Assembly (NCBI GenBank): GCA_951406725.2
Contig: OX597828.1
Coordinates: 62,682,001-62,746,000 of the forward strand
Direction: 5' to 3'
Source: Octopus vulgaris
Lineage: Eukaryota
Length of the DNA: 64,000 nt
This document shows positions 63,928-64,000 of the stretch, piece by piece. The notes beneath the pieces were generated by a model that made no database searches, had not been told where the DNA came from, and was given only the letters and a program-made list of their open reading frames with translations. Numbering within the stretch: position 1 is the first letter of the stretch; every line of letters starts with the position of its first letter. The position numbers were made by a program, and so were the translations under genes.

Positions 63928-64000
63928 ATATATGACTTTAACTGCTGCTAGGGGCATTGTGTTTTGTTATGCAACCACAACATACTACAAAAGCATTTTG

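Overview
Eukaryotic, AT-rich, microsatellite-saturated genomic DNA. The SINE families, (TA/CA/GATA)n load and single-exon C2H2 gene point to an octopus (inference). There are three protein-coding genes. (1) A + strand C2H2 zinc-finger gene: CDS 12845-14692, probable non-coding first exon ending at 2378. (2) A complete - strand DNA polymerase kappa gene (POLK): 11 coding exons at 53317->36226, about 1350 aa, with an expanded C-terminus. (3) The first four coding exons of tafazzin (TAZ, + strand, from 57777), head-to-head with POLK. The rest is tRNA-derived SINEs, RTE- and R4/Dong-type LINE remnants, TTAA-flanked MITEs, Penelope-like pieces (one with an intact minimal hammerhead ribozyme at 9551-9598) and long microsatellites. 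The most unusual signal is a series of about a dozen unique islands at ~17.5-31.5 kb, downstream of the zinc-finger gene. By eye they fold into long or multibranched RNA structures, with G:U pairs consistently favouring the + strand. They may be modules of a very long structured 3' UTR or lncRNA. All folding was done by eye and is unverified.
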